Below are positions 37,579 to 47,027 of a DNA stretch of 64,000 nt, piece after piece. The stretch is from assembly GCA_021323945.1 (NCBI GenBank), contig JAJPKA010000018.1:162853-226852 (forward strand), given 5' to 3'. The stretch is from Pseudomonadota bacterium. Its GTDB lineage: Bacteria; Desulfobacterota; Binatia; Binatales; Binataceae. Position 1 is the first letter of the stretch. Each line of letters opens with the position of its first letter. Below the pieces are notes generated by a model. That model was given only the letters and a program-made list of their open reading frames with translations, was not told where the DNA came from and made no database searches. The position numbers were made by a program, and so were the translations under genes.

Positions 37579-39618
37579 CTACCGCCGAGGTATGAGCGAC
37601 ACGAGACAGCTTGGGTCAAAGGCGGGGCCATAAATCCGGATGATTGTGCCGTCGCTCGGAGAGCATTCCTTGAGCCAGCGAGCAACTATTGCCATCGGCC
37701 CGAGATCGGCGCGGGCCACCGCGCTCATCCTGTAGCGTTCGAAATTTTCCACAATGAAACGAGCGATTTCTGAAGCAGCCTGAGTTGAGTCGAGCTCGCG
37801 AATCAAGGCGAGCCTCCCGCTCAGCACGACATAGGCAATCGGAAAACAATCACCGAAGCGCCCGTCGATTTGGCCGGCTGTGTGGTGTGCATCGCTTGCC
37901 GGTGAACTCTGGTCGCCTAGTACGATAACCAGGTTGTTTTCGGTCACGACTCGGCTGAGCCTCTCAGTTCGGTGCGCTAAGGTAGTTAACAATCGCAGGT
38001 TCTGATGATGGCGACGAGCTTCCTCAAAGCGCATCGCCGCTGCAGCTCGCTCGCGCGCACGGACGAGTTGCGCAAGCAGTGGGGCGCTATGTCCGCGCAA
38101 AAAGCCGATGGCGCGCATTATTTGCCGACCATAAGCTTCCTGACTCACGGTTAGATTGCACGGTGCGGCACACTGCCCAATCTGGCCATAAATACACGGC
38201 GAGAAATCCGGGTGCGGTTCTAGCCGGCTGGCGCATTGGCGCAGCCCCAGTATCTTGGAAAGAGTTCGCAATGAATTCTCGATACTTCGTCGGCCGATGA
38301 AGGGACCCAGCTGAAGCACCCCGACTCGCGAGGTGAGGTTCCGCGCTGCCTGTAAACGCGGGAATTGGTCATTCAAATCGATCCGAACAAACCATGCCGG
38401 TGCGGCTGATTTGAGCATCCGATTGTAAGGTGGCTTCAATTCTCGAATCAGTTGGGCTTCCAGGAGTGCTGCTTCAAGTGCCGAGCGGGTGAGCCGCGTC
38501 TCGATTTGCCAAACGTGATTGACCAGCTCGGCCGTTTTGCCCTTCCGGTGAACATCATTGGTGAAATAGGCCCGGAGGCGGTCTTTAAGGTGAGCGGCTT
38601 TACCGACATAGAGCAGATCACCCTGCTGATTGCGCATCAGGTAAACGCCCGGTCCATCAGGCATCCGCGCTATCGTTTCGGGCGGGATATGTGGTTCGAT
38701 GCGGCGACCGCAGATTCCACGCGAATGCTGGTCGAGCAGGCGGTCGAGCCGATTTACACCCATCTGCTCTGCGATTTCCAGGAAGATAGATAACAGCTCC
38801 GCCGCCATGCGCGCGTCGCCGAGGCCGCGATGACGCCCAGCGGTCGAAAGACCAAAGTGTTCTGCCAAAAAGTCGAGCCGCCGACGCCGAATTGAGGGCA
38901 GCAGGCGACGTGACATGCGCAGCGTACACAGTACCGGATTCAGCAGACCGATTCCGAACAGTCGCCTGAACTCAAAGTCGAGAAAGGCATGATCGAATTG
39001 AGCGTTGTGGGCGACGAGTACGGCATCGCCCAGAAAACTGCGAAAGCGAGGCAACACGTCCTCGATCGGTGGCGCAGTTGCGACCATTTCATTGGTGATG
39101 GAAGTCAGGCGGGTCACGAACCGAGGAATTGGCATGCGTGGCTTAATCAGGCTCTGAAACGCGTCGAGCATTCGCCGCCCATGCATGCGGTAGGCGCCGA
39201 TCTCAATAATTGCTCCCGCAGCCGGACGGCTAGCGGCGGTTTCCAGGTCAACAACGACAAAATGTGCCTCGTCCAGTGCAACCCGCAACCTCGCGTTTCC
39301 GTTCAGCGACCACAAGCCCGAGTGTGCATCAAATACGAAGTTCGGATCATTTTTCAGGATTCCGTCGATGACTCGTGAGCCGAGCTCCGGATCTGATCCG
39401 ACGCCATTGGAGAGTACGGCAACCAGCTCATGAGCATGCGCGCCGGCCGGGTGGGCGCTTAAATATGCATAAAGCTTCTCCTTGGCCGTGTGCGAGGCCA
39501 GACGTTGCGGCCAAGCTGAGCTGACTCCTTCGCGGCGCGCTTCTCTGACGGAGTTAGACGGCAGGTCAGACGAATCCCCGATCAGCAGGGGACTTGAATT
39601 GGCGTCACGAGCATCCAT
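37579..39618 (-). CDS. DnaQ-like 3'-5' exonuclease fused to GIY-YIG/UvrC-homology nuclease (Cho-like excinuclease homolog)
   Basis: DEDDh exonuclease motifs HFVVVDLETA...VAHNAQFDHAFL. Then GIY-YIG: GVYLMRNQQGDLLYVGKAAHLKDRLRAYF, with UvrC-like downstream region. Confidence 0.7.
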   Translation of the reverse strand: MDARDANSSPLLIGDSSDLPSNSVREARREGVSSAWPQRLASHTAKEKLYAYLSAHPAGAHAHELVAVLSNGVGSDPELGSRVIDGILKNDPNFVFDAHSGLWSLNGNARLRVALDEAHFVVVDLETAASRPAAGAIIEIGAYRMHGRRMLDAFQSLIKPRMPIPRFVTRLTSITNEMVATAPPIEDVLPRFRSFLGDAVLVAHNAQFDHAFLDFEFRRLFGIGLLNPVLCTLRMSRRLLPSIRRRRLDFLAEHFGLSTAGRHRGLGDARMAAELLSIFLEIAEQMGVNRLDRLLDQHSRGICGRRIEPHIPPETIARMPDGPGVYLMRNQQGDLLYVGKAAHLKDRLRAYFTNDVHRKGKTAELVNHVWQIETRLTRSALEAALLEAQLIRELKPPYNRMLKSAAPAWFVRIDLNDQFPRLQAARNLTSRVGVLQLGPFIGRRSIENSLRTLSKILGLRQCASRLEPHPDFSPCIYGQIGQCAAPCNLTVSQEAYGRQIMRAIGFLRGHSAPLLAQLVRARERAAAAMRFEEARRHHQNLRLLTTLAHRTERLSRVVTENNLVIVLGDQSSPASDAHHTAGQIDGRFGDCFPIAYVVLSGRLALIRELDSTQAASEIARFIVENFERYRMSAVARADLGPMAIVARWLKECSPSDGTIIRIYGPAFDPSCLVSLIPRR

Positions 39619-39848
39619 TCGGCCGCCTTGCGTATCTTAATTTCGATCTCTGTTCGCTTAAAATCCCTGATATTCTGTCTAGAGCTTAAGCAAACGCCAA
39701 GGCATTTACCGCAAACAATCCACAGGGCGTTACCCGGCTTGTGGGGTTATGATGAATGCTTCAGGCTGGTAAGAAATTCTTACGATTGCCAGGAGGGATG
39801 GTGCCGAATGGTCGCATGTGAGTTTGAACGTGGGCAAGTTGATCAACC

Positions 39849-41309
39849 ATGACTTCCGAGCTATTCACATTAACAATTACCGAAGCGCGAGAGCGGCTGG
39901 TTAAGCGCGAGCTCTCGGCTGTTGAACTAACACGGGCATGTCTCGATCGGGCGGCAGCGATCGAATCCAGGCTGAACGCGTTCATAACACTGTGTCCGCG
40001 CGAAGCGATCGAACAAGCTGAAGTTGCGGATCGGCTTATTGCGCGCGGCAATTGTTCTTCACTGACCGGGATTCCTCTCGCCATCAAGGATATTTTCGCG
40101 ACCAGGGGGGTACGCACGACGTGTGCCTCAAAAATTCTGGAGGGTTTTGTGCCGCCGTACGACGCCACGGTGATTGAGAGGCTTCGTGCGGCGGGAGCGA
40201 TTTTTCTCGGCAAGACCAACATGGATGAATTCGCGATGGGTTCATCGACCGAAAATTCGTCGTTTGGTCCCACGCGTAATCCTTACGATCTGCGACGGGT
40301 GGCGGGAGGCTCTTCGGGAGGCTCGGCCGCCGCGGTTGCCGCCGACGAATGCATCGCCGCCCTTGGCACCGATACCGGCGGTTCCATTCGTGAACCCGCG
40401 TCGTTTTGCGGTGTCGTGGGATTAAAGCCAACTTACAGTCGAGTCAGCCGCTACGGGGTGATTGCCTACGCGTCTTCGCTCGATCAGGTCGGACCGTTTG
40501 CCAAGACTGTTCGGGACGCAGCGATCTTACTGGGCGAGATTGCGGGGGTGGACCCTCGTGACGCGACCTGCTCGGCGCGACCTGTGCCCGACTACGAAGC
40601 TGCTCTGACCGGAAAGGTCGAAGGCATCCGAATTGGGGTCCCTCGTGAGTTCTTCGTCGAGGGGATGCAGGAGGACGTCGGGTTGGCCGTGCGGTCGGCG
40701 ATTAAGCAATTCGAGTCGCAAGGCTGTCAAGTCCGTGAAATTTCTCTACCTCATACCCAATATGCCGTAGCCGCCTATTATTTAATCGCAACCGCTGAGG
40801 CCAGCGCGAACCTCGCTCGCTACGACGGGATTCGCTACGGGCTTCGTGCCGAAGCGGACAACACCCTAGACCTGTACAATCGCACTCGCGATCGCGGCTT
40901 TGGTCCCGAGGTAAAACGTCGGATCATGCTCGGTACATTCGCGCTATCTGCCGGCTACTACGACGCGTACTACAGAAAAGCGCAGAAAGTGCGCACCTTG
41001 ATCCGGCAGGACTTTTTCCGCGCCTTCAACGACTGCGATATCATTCTGACGCCTGTGGCACCTACCACCGCGTTCGAACTCGGTGAAAAGATCGCCGATC
41101 CCTTGCAAATGTACCTCTCGGATATTTTTACCATCTCCGTCAACCTGGCCGGATTACCTGGTCTTTCGGTGCCTTGCGGATACGATCGCAAAGGTATGCC
41201 CATCGGCTTGCAACTGATCGGCCCGCCCTTTGGTGAAGAAATAATTCTCCGTGCTGGTGACGCCTACGAGAGATCCGGCTGCGTTCAGAGGCAGCCGCCG
41301 CCCCTTTGA
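39849..41309 (+). CDS. gatA: Glutamyl-tRNA(Gln) amidotransferase subunit A
   Basis: Amidase signature [29 protein letters not shown] and typical GatA termini. Confidence 0.9.
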   Translation: MTSELFTLTITEARERLVKRELSAVELTRACLDRAAAIESRLNAFITLCPREAIEQAEVADRLIARGNCSSLTGIPLAIKDIFATRGVRTTCASKILEGFVPPYDATVIERLRAAGAIFLGKTNMDEFAMGSSTENSSFGPTRNPYDLRRVAGGSSGGSAAAVAADECIAALGTDTGGSIREPASFCGVVGLKPTYSRVSRYGVIAYASSLDQVGPFAKTVRDAAILLGEIAGVDPRDATCSARPVPDYEAALTGKVEGIRIGVPREFFVEGMQEDVGLAVRSAIKQFESQGCQVREISLPHTQYAVAAYYLIATAEASANLARYDGIRYGLRAEADNTLDLYNRTRDRGFGPEVKRRIMLGTFALSAGYYDAYYRKAQKVRTLIRQDFFRAFNDCDIILTPVAPTTAFELGEKIADPLQMYLSDIFTISVNLAGLPGLSVPCGYDRKGMPIGLQLIGPPFGEEIILRAGDAYERSGCVQRQPPPL

Positions 41310-41342
41310 GAATTCGCCCATTGTTCAGGTAACGATAATCCT

Positions 41343-42779
41343 ATGACCAGTAGCTCATACGAAGCCGTCATCGGTCTCGAAGTCCATACTCACCTGATGA
41401 CCCGCTCGAAGCTGTTCTGCGGGTGCTCGGCCAGCTTCGGCAGCGGACCCAACGAAAATGTATGCCCGGTGTGCCTGGGGATGCCGGGAGTACTACCGGT
41501 GCTAAATCAGTACGCAGTCGAATTGGCATTGCGGGTGGCCCTGGCTACCCATTCTGAAGTGCAAACCCGATCCGTGTTTGCGCGCAAAAGCTACTTCTAC
41601 CCTGATTTGCCGAAGGGTTATCAAATCAGTCAGTACGAGCTGCCGTTGTGCAAGGGTGGGTATATCGAGATTGCCAATGGCGGTGAGTCGCGGCGAATCC
41701 GTCTAGTCCGCATCCATATGGAAGAGGACGCCGGCAAGAATCTCCATGAGGCAAATTATAGCCTGGTTGATTTCAACCGTTCGGGCGTCCCACTGGTCGA
41801 AATTGTCAGTGAGCCCGACATCCGCTCGGCGGCTGAGGCAGGTGCCTACCTACGGGAATTGCGTGCCATCCTACGTTACGTGGGGGCCTCCGAGGGACGG
41901 ATGGAGGAAGGTGATTTCCGTTGCGACGTAAACGTCTCAGTTCGACGTAAAGGATCGGACGAACTAGGAACCAAGACGGAAATCAAGAACCTGAATTCTT
42001 TCCGCTTCGTTGAAAAGGCTATTACCTACGAGATTGGCCGCCAGATCGAGCTTTTGGAGGCCGGAGGCCGTGTGACCCAGGAGACCCGACTTTGGGACCC
42101 CAATCGCGAGGAGACGCGGCCGATGCGCTCAAAGGAGTTCGCCCACGACTATCGGTACTTCCCCGAACCTGATCTGCCGCCCCTTGAGATTGACGGCCAG
42201 ATGCTTGAGCGCGTACGGGCTGCAATGCCTGAATTACCCGCTGAGCGCCGGCGACGATTTCAGCGCGATCTAGGACTGGGCGCATACGAGACGGCGATCC
42301 TTACCGAGGATCGAGCAATTGCCGATTATTTCGAGGCGCTGCTCAATGGCGGTGTAATCGGCTCCAAGACTGCCGCCAATTGGACCATGACCGAGGTCCT
42401 GCGCATTGTCAACGAAACGGGCAAACCGCTTGAGGAAGCGGTCCCGCCGGCAGCTGAAACCCGGATCCTTCTAAAAATGGTCCAGGACGGCGTAGTTAGT
42501 CTTAATGCTGCCAAAAACGCTTTCTCCGTCATGTGTAAGTCAGGGCAACCCGCGGCGGCCGTCGTGGCCAGGCTAGGACTCGCTCAGGTTTCTGACGAGG
42601 CCGCAATTGCAGCGGCCTGCGATGAGGTAATCGCAGCGGAATCTGCCAAGGTGGCGGAGTATCGTGCAGGCCGTGACAAACTATTCGGCTTTTTCGTCGG
42701 TCAAGTGATGAAAGCCATGGGTGGTAAAGCAAACCCCAAGGTGGTTAATGAGATACTGCGCCAACGACTCCAATCTTAA
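41343..42779 (+). CDS. gatB: Aspartyl/glutamyl-tRNA(Asn/Gln) amidotransferase subunit B
   Basis: YEAVIGLEVHTHL...LFCGCS...CPVCLGMPGVLP N-terminus and the C-terminal YqeY-like domain. Confidence 0.9.
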   Translation: MTSSSYEAVIGLEVHTHLMTRSKLFCGCSASFGSGPNENVCPVCLGMPGVLPVLNQYAVELALRVALATHSEVQTRSVFARKSYFYPDLPKGYQISQYELPLCKGGYIEIANGGESRRIRLVRIHMEEDAGKNLHEANYSLVDFNRSGVPLVEIVSEPDIRSAAEAGAYLRELRAILRYVGASEGRMEEGDFRCDVNVSVRRKGSDELGTKTEIKNLNSFRFVEKAITYEIGRQIELLEAGGRVTQETRLWDPNREETRPMRSKEFAHDYRYFPEPDLPPLEIDGQMLERVRAAMPELPAERRRRFQRDLGLGAYETAILTEDRAIADYFEALLNGGVIGSKTAANWTMTEVLRIVNETGKPLEEAVPPAAETRILLKMVQDGVVSLNAAKNAFSVMCKSGQPAAAVVARLGLAQVSDEAAIAAACDEVIAAESAKVAEYRAGRDKLFGFFVGQVMKAMGGKANPKVVNEILRQRLQS

Positions 42780-42910
42780 AAGCACTGGCGCAGCTCTCGC
42801 GCTCCGCCAGTTGCTCTCGCGACCTTCCGCTGCTCGTTCCAAGAGTTGTCTGCCTGTGCCAGCAAGAATCGATTGCAGGCGGACGCGCTTGTTTCATACT
42901 ATGGCTTTCG

Positions 42911-44257
42911 GTGCGAAACCACGGGCGCAACTCCGTCGGGGGATCCGGAGTCGCCGTGAAGGTCTGCCGAGTGGGGACTAGCGCAGGCCTGTTCGCGACG
43001 CTCTTGCTCACCCCCCTCCAAGTCACTGCTCACCCAAGCGGCGAGTCGGTTCAAACGCCTCCCCAGGCGAGCGCAAATGCCGTCGGCATCAGTACGAGTG
43101 CGGCTCCGATTTGGATCGTCAAAATGAACGACACTGATCCGATGTATAAGCCGAACATTATACGAATCAGCGCTGGCGAAACCGTGGAATGGGAAAACGA
43201 CGGCCAGGTCAGCCATTCCGTCACTGACGATCCGGCTCGGGCCGAGAAGCCCGCCGATGCCTTGCTTCCAGCCGGTGTGAAGCCGTTCAATTCAGGCAGT
43301 GTGATGCCGGGAGGACGCTTTCGCCATACATTCTCAGAGCCAGGTCGTTACCGATATTTCTGCCTCAGTCATGAGAATGATCGGATGATAGGCGAAGTAA
43401 TAGTTGAACCGCGACCGTCGGCGCCTTCCTTCGAGCGCGTTGCTCGGCAAAGCCATCCGGTTCCGGCGGTAACGGCACCGCGGGTCTCGACGGCCGCGCC
43501 GATCCAAATCGTCAAGATGAACGATGACGATCCCATGTATCGTCCTAACGTTGTGCAAATCACTGCAGGCCAAACCGTCGAATGGGAGAATGATGGGCAG
43601 GTAAGTCATTCGGTTACTGACGATCCAGCGCGGGCCAACCAACCAGGCGACGCGTTGCTTCCCGCCGGTGTGAAGCCGTTCAATTCAGGCAGTGTGATGC
43701 CAGGCGGCCGTTTTCGTTATACGTTTATGAGGCCGGGCCGCTACCGGTATTTTTGCCTTACCCACGAAAGCGACAAGATGGTTGGAGAAGTCATCGTGAC
43801 GCCACCAGAGCAGGAACAGCTAGCTCAATCAAGCAATCGAGACGCAGCTGATGAAGGCCTCCCATCAGCGTCGCCTCCGGTCGTAGTCGGCATGTACGAT
43901 GACAAACCTATCTATCGGCCACGTTCAATTCAGATCGTGGCGGGACAGACCGTCGAGTGGAAGAACAAAGGGCAGAACGTTCACTCGGTCAGTGACGATC
44001 CGACTCAGGCGTGGGATCCTATTGATGCGATGCGCCCGGCAGGCGTTCAGCCATTTAGCTCGGGTAATATCATGCCAGGCGGCCATTTTAGTCATACCTT
44101 TATCAAGCCTGGCCGCTACCGCTATTTTTGCCCGACCGCGAAGGCTGCCGATGAAGTGGGCGAGATCGTGGTCAAGCCCAGCGATGAGGAAGCGGCATCT
44201 AGACCCAACAGCAACACTCGGTTGTCGGCTGTTAACAACCCGGCTCTTGCAGAGTAG
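42911..44257 (+). CDS. Secreted protein with three tandem cupredoxin (type-1 blue copper) domains
   Basis: Signal peptide. Three repeats: IVKMND.DPMY.PN...AG.TVEW.N.GQ..HSVTDDP...PFNSGSVMPGGRF...PGRYRYFC. Domains 1 and 2 carry H...C-x2-H-x4-M ligands (CLSHENDRM, CLTHESDKM). Domain 3 has CPTAKAADEV with no His/Met. Start codon uncertain; GTG 42955 has GGAG upstream. Confidence 0.7.
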   Translation: MRNHGRNSVGGSGVAVKVCRVGTSAGLFATLLLTPLQVTAHPSGESVQTPPQASANAVGISTSAAPIWIVKMNDTDPMYKPNIIRISAGETVEWENDGQVSHSVTDDPARAEKPADALLPAGVKPFNSGSVMPGGRFRHTFSEPGRYRYFCLSHENDRMIGEVIVEPRPSAPSFERVARQSHPVPAVTAPRVSTAAPIQIVKMNDDDPMYRPNVVQITAGQTVEWENDGQVSHSVTDDPARANQPGDALLPAGVKPFNSGSVMPGGRFRYTFMRPGRYRYFCLTHESDKMVGEVIVTPPEQEQLAQSSNRDAADEGLPSASPPVVVGMYDDKPIYRPRSIQIVAGQTVEWKNKGQNVHSVSDDPTQAWDPIDAMRPAGVQPFSSGNIMPGGHFSHTFIKPGRYRYFCPTAKAADEVGEIVVKPSDEEAASRPNSNTRLSAVNNPALAE

Positions 44258-44350
44258 TTGCAGCCACGGCGGCCGGCTGTGTTTTCACTCGAGTTGCGGG
44301 GAACGCAAAGCGCGGGCAGCCACGTTTGATCGATCCTCCTTCTCGGGTCA

Positions 44351-45487
44351 TTGTTTGTGACCAGCGTTTTCAGAGCCTTTCGAGCGTTAAGTAGCAGGCC
44401 AAGGACTCCGTTGGAATGGCCGATCACTGTGCGCCCGTGGGTCCGACCGCGACGCGTTGTGGTGAAGGAAGTCAACTGGCTGGGAGACCTCGTTATGAGC
44501 TTACCAGCCCTGCGCATCCTTCGTAGCACCTTTAAAGCGGCAAACCTGTCGGTAGTGGTTCGTCAGGACTTGGCCGGCTTTTTCGATGGCCTCAACTGGA
44601 TCGATGAGGTGATTACCTACTCGGTACGGCCCGGGATATGGAGTCTGATCGACCAACAGAGAATTATCGCTGCCCTTCGCGTGCGGCGCTTCGATTTGGC
44701 CGTCATCTTCCCAAATAGTTTCAGGTCAGCCTTGTGGATGAAGCTTGCGGGAGTCCGGTACCGAGCTGGCTATGCCACCGACGGAAGAGGTCTTCTGCTC
44801 ACGCACCGTGCCATTCCAAGGCCGACGTCGAGGGAGATCCATCAAAGATTCTATTGGATTCAGCTACTGCACGACGCCCTGGGAATTCCGGCGCCGAGAA
44901 CTGATCCATCGGGCGAAAAGTTGGAGGTCTCGCCCTCAAGTATACGTCGGATGCGACAATTTTTGGAGGAACGCCGAAGAGCTACGGGGCCGCTCATAGC
45001 CTTGGCACCAACGGCTGCCTATGGTCCGGCCAAGGAATGGCCCGCACACTATTATGCTGAACTCATAGACCTGCTGGCGTCGTCAGTCGGTGCTGAGTGC
45101 GTACTGCTGGGGACTGCCGCCGATCGGTCGAGGTGCGAACAAGTGGCAGTGATGAGCCGGTCAGAGGCGATTGTGGCTGCCGGCGAGACCGGCGTGGCCG
45201 AACTAAAAGCCTTGCTGTATCTTTGCGATGGGTTTGCAGGCAATGATTCTGGCGCGATGCATCTGGCGGCAGCGATCGGCATACCCTCGATCGGAATTTT
45301 CGGTTCGACCAATCCCCGACGCACCGGGCCTTTCGGGGAGCGGACGAGCGTCATCCATCACCCGATCTCATGCAGCCCCTGTCTGAGGCGAACCTGTCGT
45401 TTTAATCACTATCAGTGTCTGCGCGGGGTTGAGCCGAGTGAGGTCGCCCGGGCGCTCATTGAGATTGGTGGCTTTGCCACCAGCTAA
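44351..45487 (+). CDS. Glycosyltransferase family 9 (ADP-heptose:LPS heptosyltransferase, WaaF/RfaF-like)
   Basis: VKEVNWLGDLVMSLPALRIL N-terminus, DxxAIFPNSFRSAL, and the C-terminal NDSGAMHLAAAIGIPSIGIFGST motif are GT9 hallmarks. The true start is probably a non-ATG codon downstream of 44351. Confidence 0.8.
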   Translation: MFVTSVFRAFRALSSRPRTPLEWPITVRPWVRPRRVVVKEVNWLGDLVMSLPALRILRSTFKAANLSVVVRQDLAGFFDGLNWIDEVITYSVRPGIWSLIDQQRIIAALRVRRFDLAVIFPNSFRSALWMKLAGVRYRAGYATDGRGLLLTHRAIPRPTSREIHQRFYWIQLLHDALGIPAPRTDPSGEKLEVSPSSIRRMRQFLEERRRATGPLIALAPTAAYGPAKEWPAHYYAELIDLLASSVGAECVLLGTAADRSRCEQVAVMSRSEAIVAAGETGVAELKALLYLCDGFAGNDSGAMHLAAAIGIPSIGIFGSTNPRRTGPFGERTSVIHHPISCSPCLRRTCRFNHYQCLRGVEPSEVARALIEIGGFATS

Positions 45488-45546
45488 TCAGCAAGCTTTG
45501 CGTCCCGTGGCATAGAGGTCGCGAAGGGCGCGAGACACGTTGGAGC

Positions 45547-46572
45547 ATGAGGATGAAGTTGAGTGAGTTAGCGTCGCGGCTTGGGCTCGAAATGCGCGGT
45601 GACGGAGAGCTCGAGATCGTCGGCCCCGCACCAATTGAGGCAGCGATCGAGGGTACCATTACCTTCGCCGTTGGTCCGAAGTATAAGGCCAGATTACGTT
45701 CATCGCGCGCCTCGGCCGCGATTGTCACGCAGGAGATGGCGGACGATGCTGAATGCGCGGTGCTGCTAAGTGCGGACCCCGCCTTCGATTTTGCGCGTGT
45801 GCTCGAGCTTTTTTCTCCACCCTATCGACCCGCAACTGGTATTCATCCAACCGCGGTTATCGCCGCGGATGCGCGCATTGGAGAAAATGCCTCAATCGGT
45901 GCGTACTCTGTCATCGGCGGCGGGGTGATCATCGGCCGCAACGCCGTTATCCATCCTCATGTAGTCGTTTACCCTGGCGTGCGCATCGGTGACGATTTCA
46001 CTTGTCATAGCCATGTCTCTATTCGCGAAGGTGTTACGATAGGCAATCGGGTGACATTGCTGAACGGAGCCGTAATCGGTGCCGACGGCTTTGGGTTTAT
46101 TGAACACGATGGCGAGTTGGCCCGAATCCCGCAAATCGGCACCGTGATCATCGAGGATGACGTTGAAATTGGAGCCAACACGACCGTCGACCGAGCGACT
46201 ATGGGTGCCACGATTATCCGACGTGCGGTAAAACTCGATAACTTGATCCAGATTGGTCACAACTGCGAGGTCGGTACTCGGACTCGAATGGCGGCTCAAT
46301 CCGGCCTTGCAGGGTCGGTCAAGATTGGTGAGTGGTGCCAGTTCGGCGGTCAGTCAGGCTGCGCGGATCACGTCCAAGTGGGCGATCGTGTGCGAGTGAT
46401 CGCTCAAGCCGGAATTCATAACAATTTGCCCAATGAGGCTTTGGTAGGCGGTGCGCCCGCGATCGACTTAAAAATTTTCCGTCGGATGGTTGCCGTGATG
46501 CCTCGATTGCCGGCAATCGTTCGACGACTGCGATCGTTGGAGAAGCGGTTACGTGTCGAAGCTGCCGACTAG
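45547..46572 (+). CDS. lpxD: UDP-3-O-(3-hydroxyacyl)glucosamine N-acyltransferase
   Basis: MKLSELASRLGLEMRGDGELEI N-domain, then extended hexapeptide repeats (IGENASIGAYSVIGGGVIIGRNAVIHPHVVV...) and the LpxD C-terminal helix. Confidence 0.85.
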   Translation: MRMKLSELASRLGLEMRGDGELEIVGPAPIEAAIEGTITFAVGPKYKARLRSSRASAAIVTQEMADDAECAVLLSADPAFDFARVLELFSPPYRPATGIHPTAVIAADARIGENASIGAYSVIGGGVIIGRNAVIHPHVVVYPGVRIGDDFTCHSHVSIREGVTIGNRVTLLNGAVIGADGFGFIEHDGELARIPQIGTVIIEDDVEIGANTTVDRATMGATIIRRAVKLDNLIQIGHNCEVGTRTRMAAQSGLAGSVKIGEWCQFGGQSGCADHVQVGDRVRVIAQAGIHNNLPNEALVGGAPAIDLKIFRRMVAVMPRLPAIVRRLRSLEKRLRVEAAD

Positions 46573-46630
46573 ATAAACAATGCCGGCAAACGGAGAACGG
46601 CAAGTCAGGCAGTCCGATCACTGACAGACA

Positions 46631-46682
46631 TCCGCATCAATCACATAATGCATAATTCCGCATCAATCACATAATGCATAAT
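46631..46682. repeat. Perfect tandem direct repeat, 2 x 26 bp (tccgcatcaatcacataatgcataat), AT-rich
   Basis: Copies at 46631-46656 and 46657-46682 read directly from the sequence. Each contains the ATGCAT palindrome. It lies between lpxD and the sigma-54 activator gene. Confidence 0.85.
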
Positions 46683-46934
46683 TATGTTCGGCATGAGGAT
46701 GCACGGCACCCGCTCGTCCGACACGTGCCCCTGTTCTTTATCGTAGCCTTGCTCAGTCTGCTGAGTGTCTGCTGCACAGGTTGCATTTGGTTGGCGGTCC
46801 CCAGTCTCGCCTACGAAGGCTACAAGTACGAACGGCAACTAAAAGCCCCCACCTCTCCCGGCCCTGAATCGGATCGGGCGAGTACGCGCGCCAATTCCGG
46901 AGACTCAACCTCGGATCGCGACCCGGCGAGATAG
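46674..46934 (+). CDS. Putative small membrane/lipo-protein (86 aa), doubtful
   Basis: The ORF starts inside the second repeat copy. It has a hydrophobic stretch PLFFIVALLSLLSVCCTGC followed by a charged Ser/Asp-rich tail. No RBS is evident. Confidence 0.25.
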   Translation: MHNYVRHEDARHPLVRHVPLFFIVALLSLLSVCCTGCIWLAVPSLAYEGYKYERQLKAPTSPGPESDRASTRANSGDSTSDRDPAR

Positions 46935-47027
46935 GCAATAAGAAGCTCAATACACTTTAATCACGTCGAGTTTAGTTCTTACGCTCGCCCTATAGCGTTG
47001 ACTGCAAAAAACGAGTAATCAGCTCTC

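Noticed and set aside
39619-39848. LexA/SOS box upstream of the Cho-like nuclease gene, or a gatC gene before gatA
   Set aside because: CTGT and GTTC half-sites are present but not in palindromic CTGT-N8-ACAG or GAAC-N4-GTTC arrangement. The 74-aa ORF in the gap does not resemble GatC.
46631-46682. CRISPR array
   Set aside because: There are only two copies of a 26-bp unit, directly abutting with no spacers, and no cas genes anywhere in the window.
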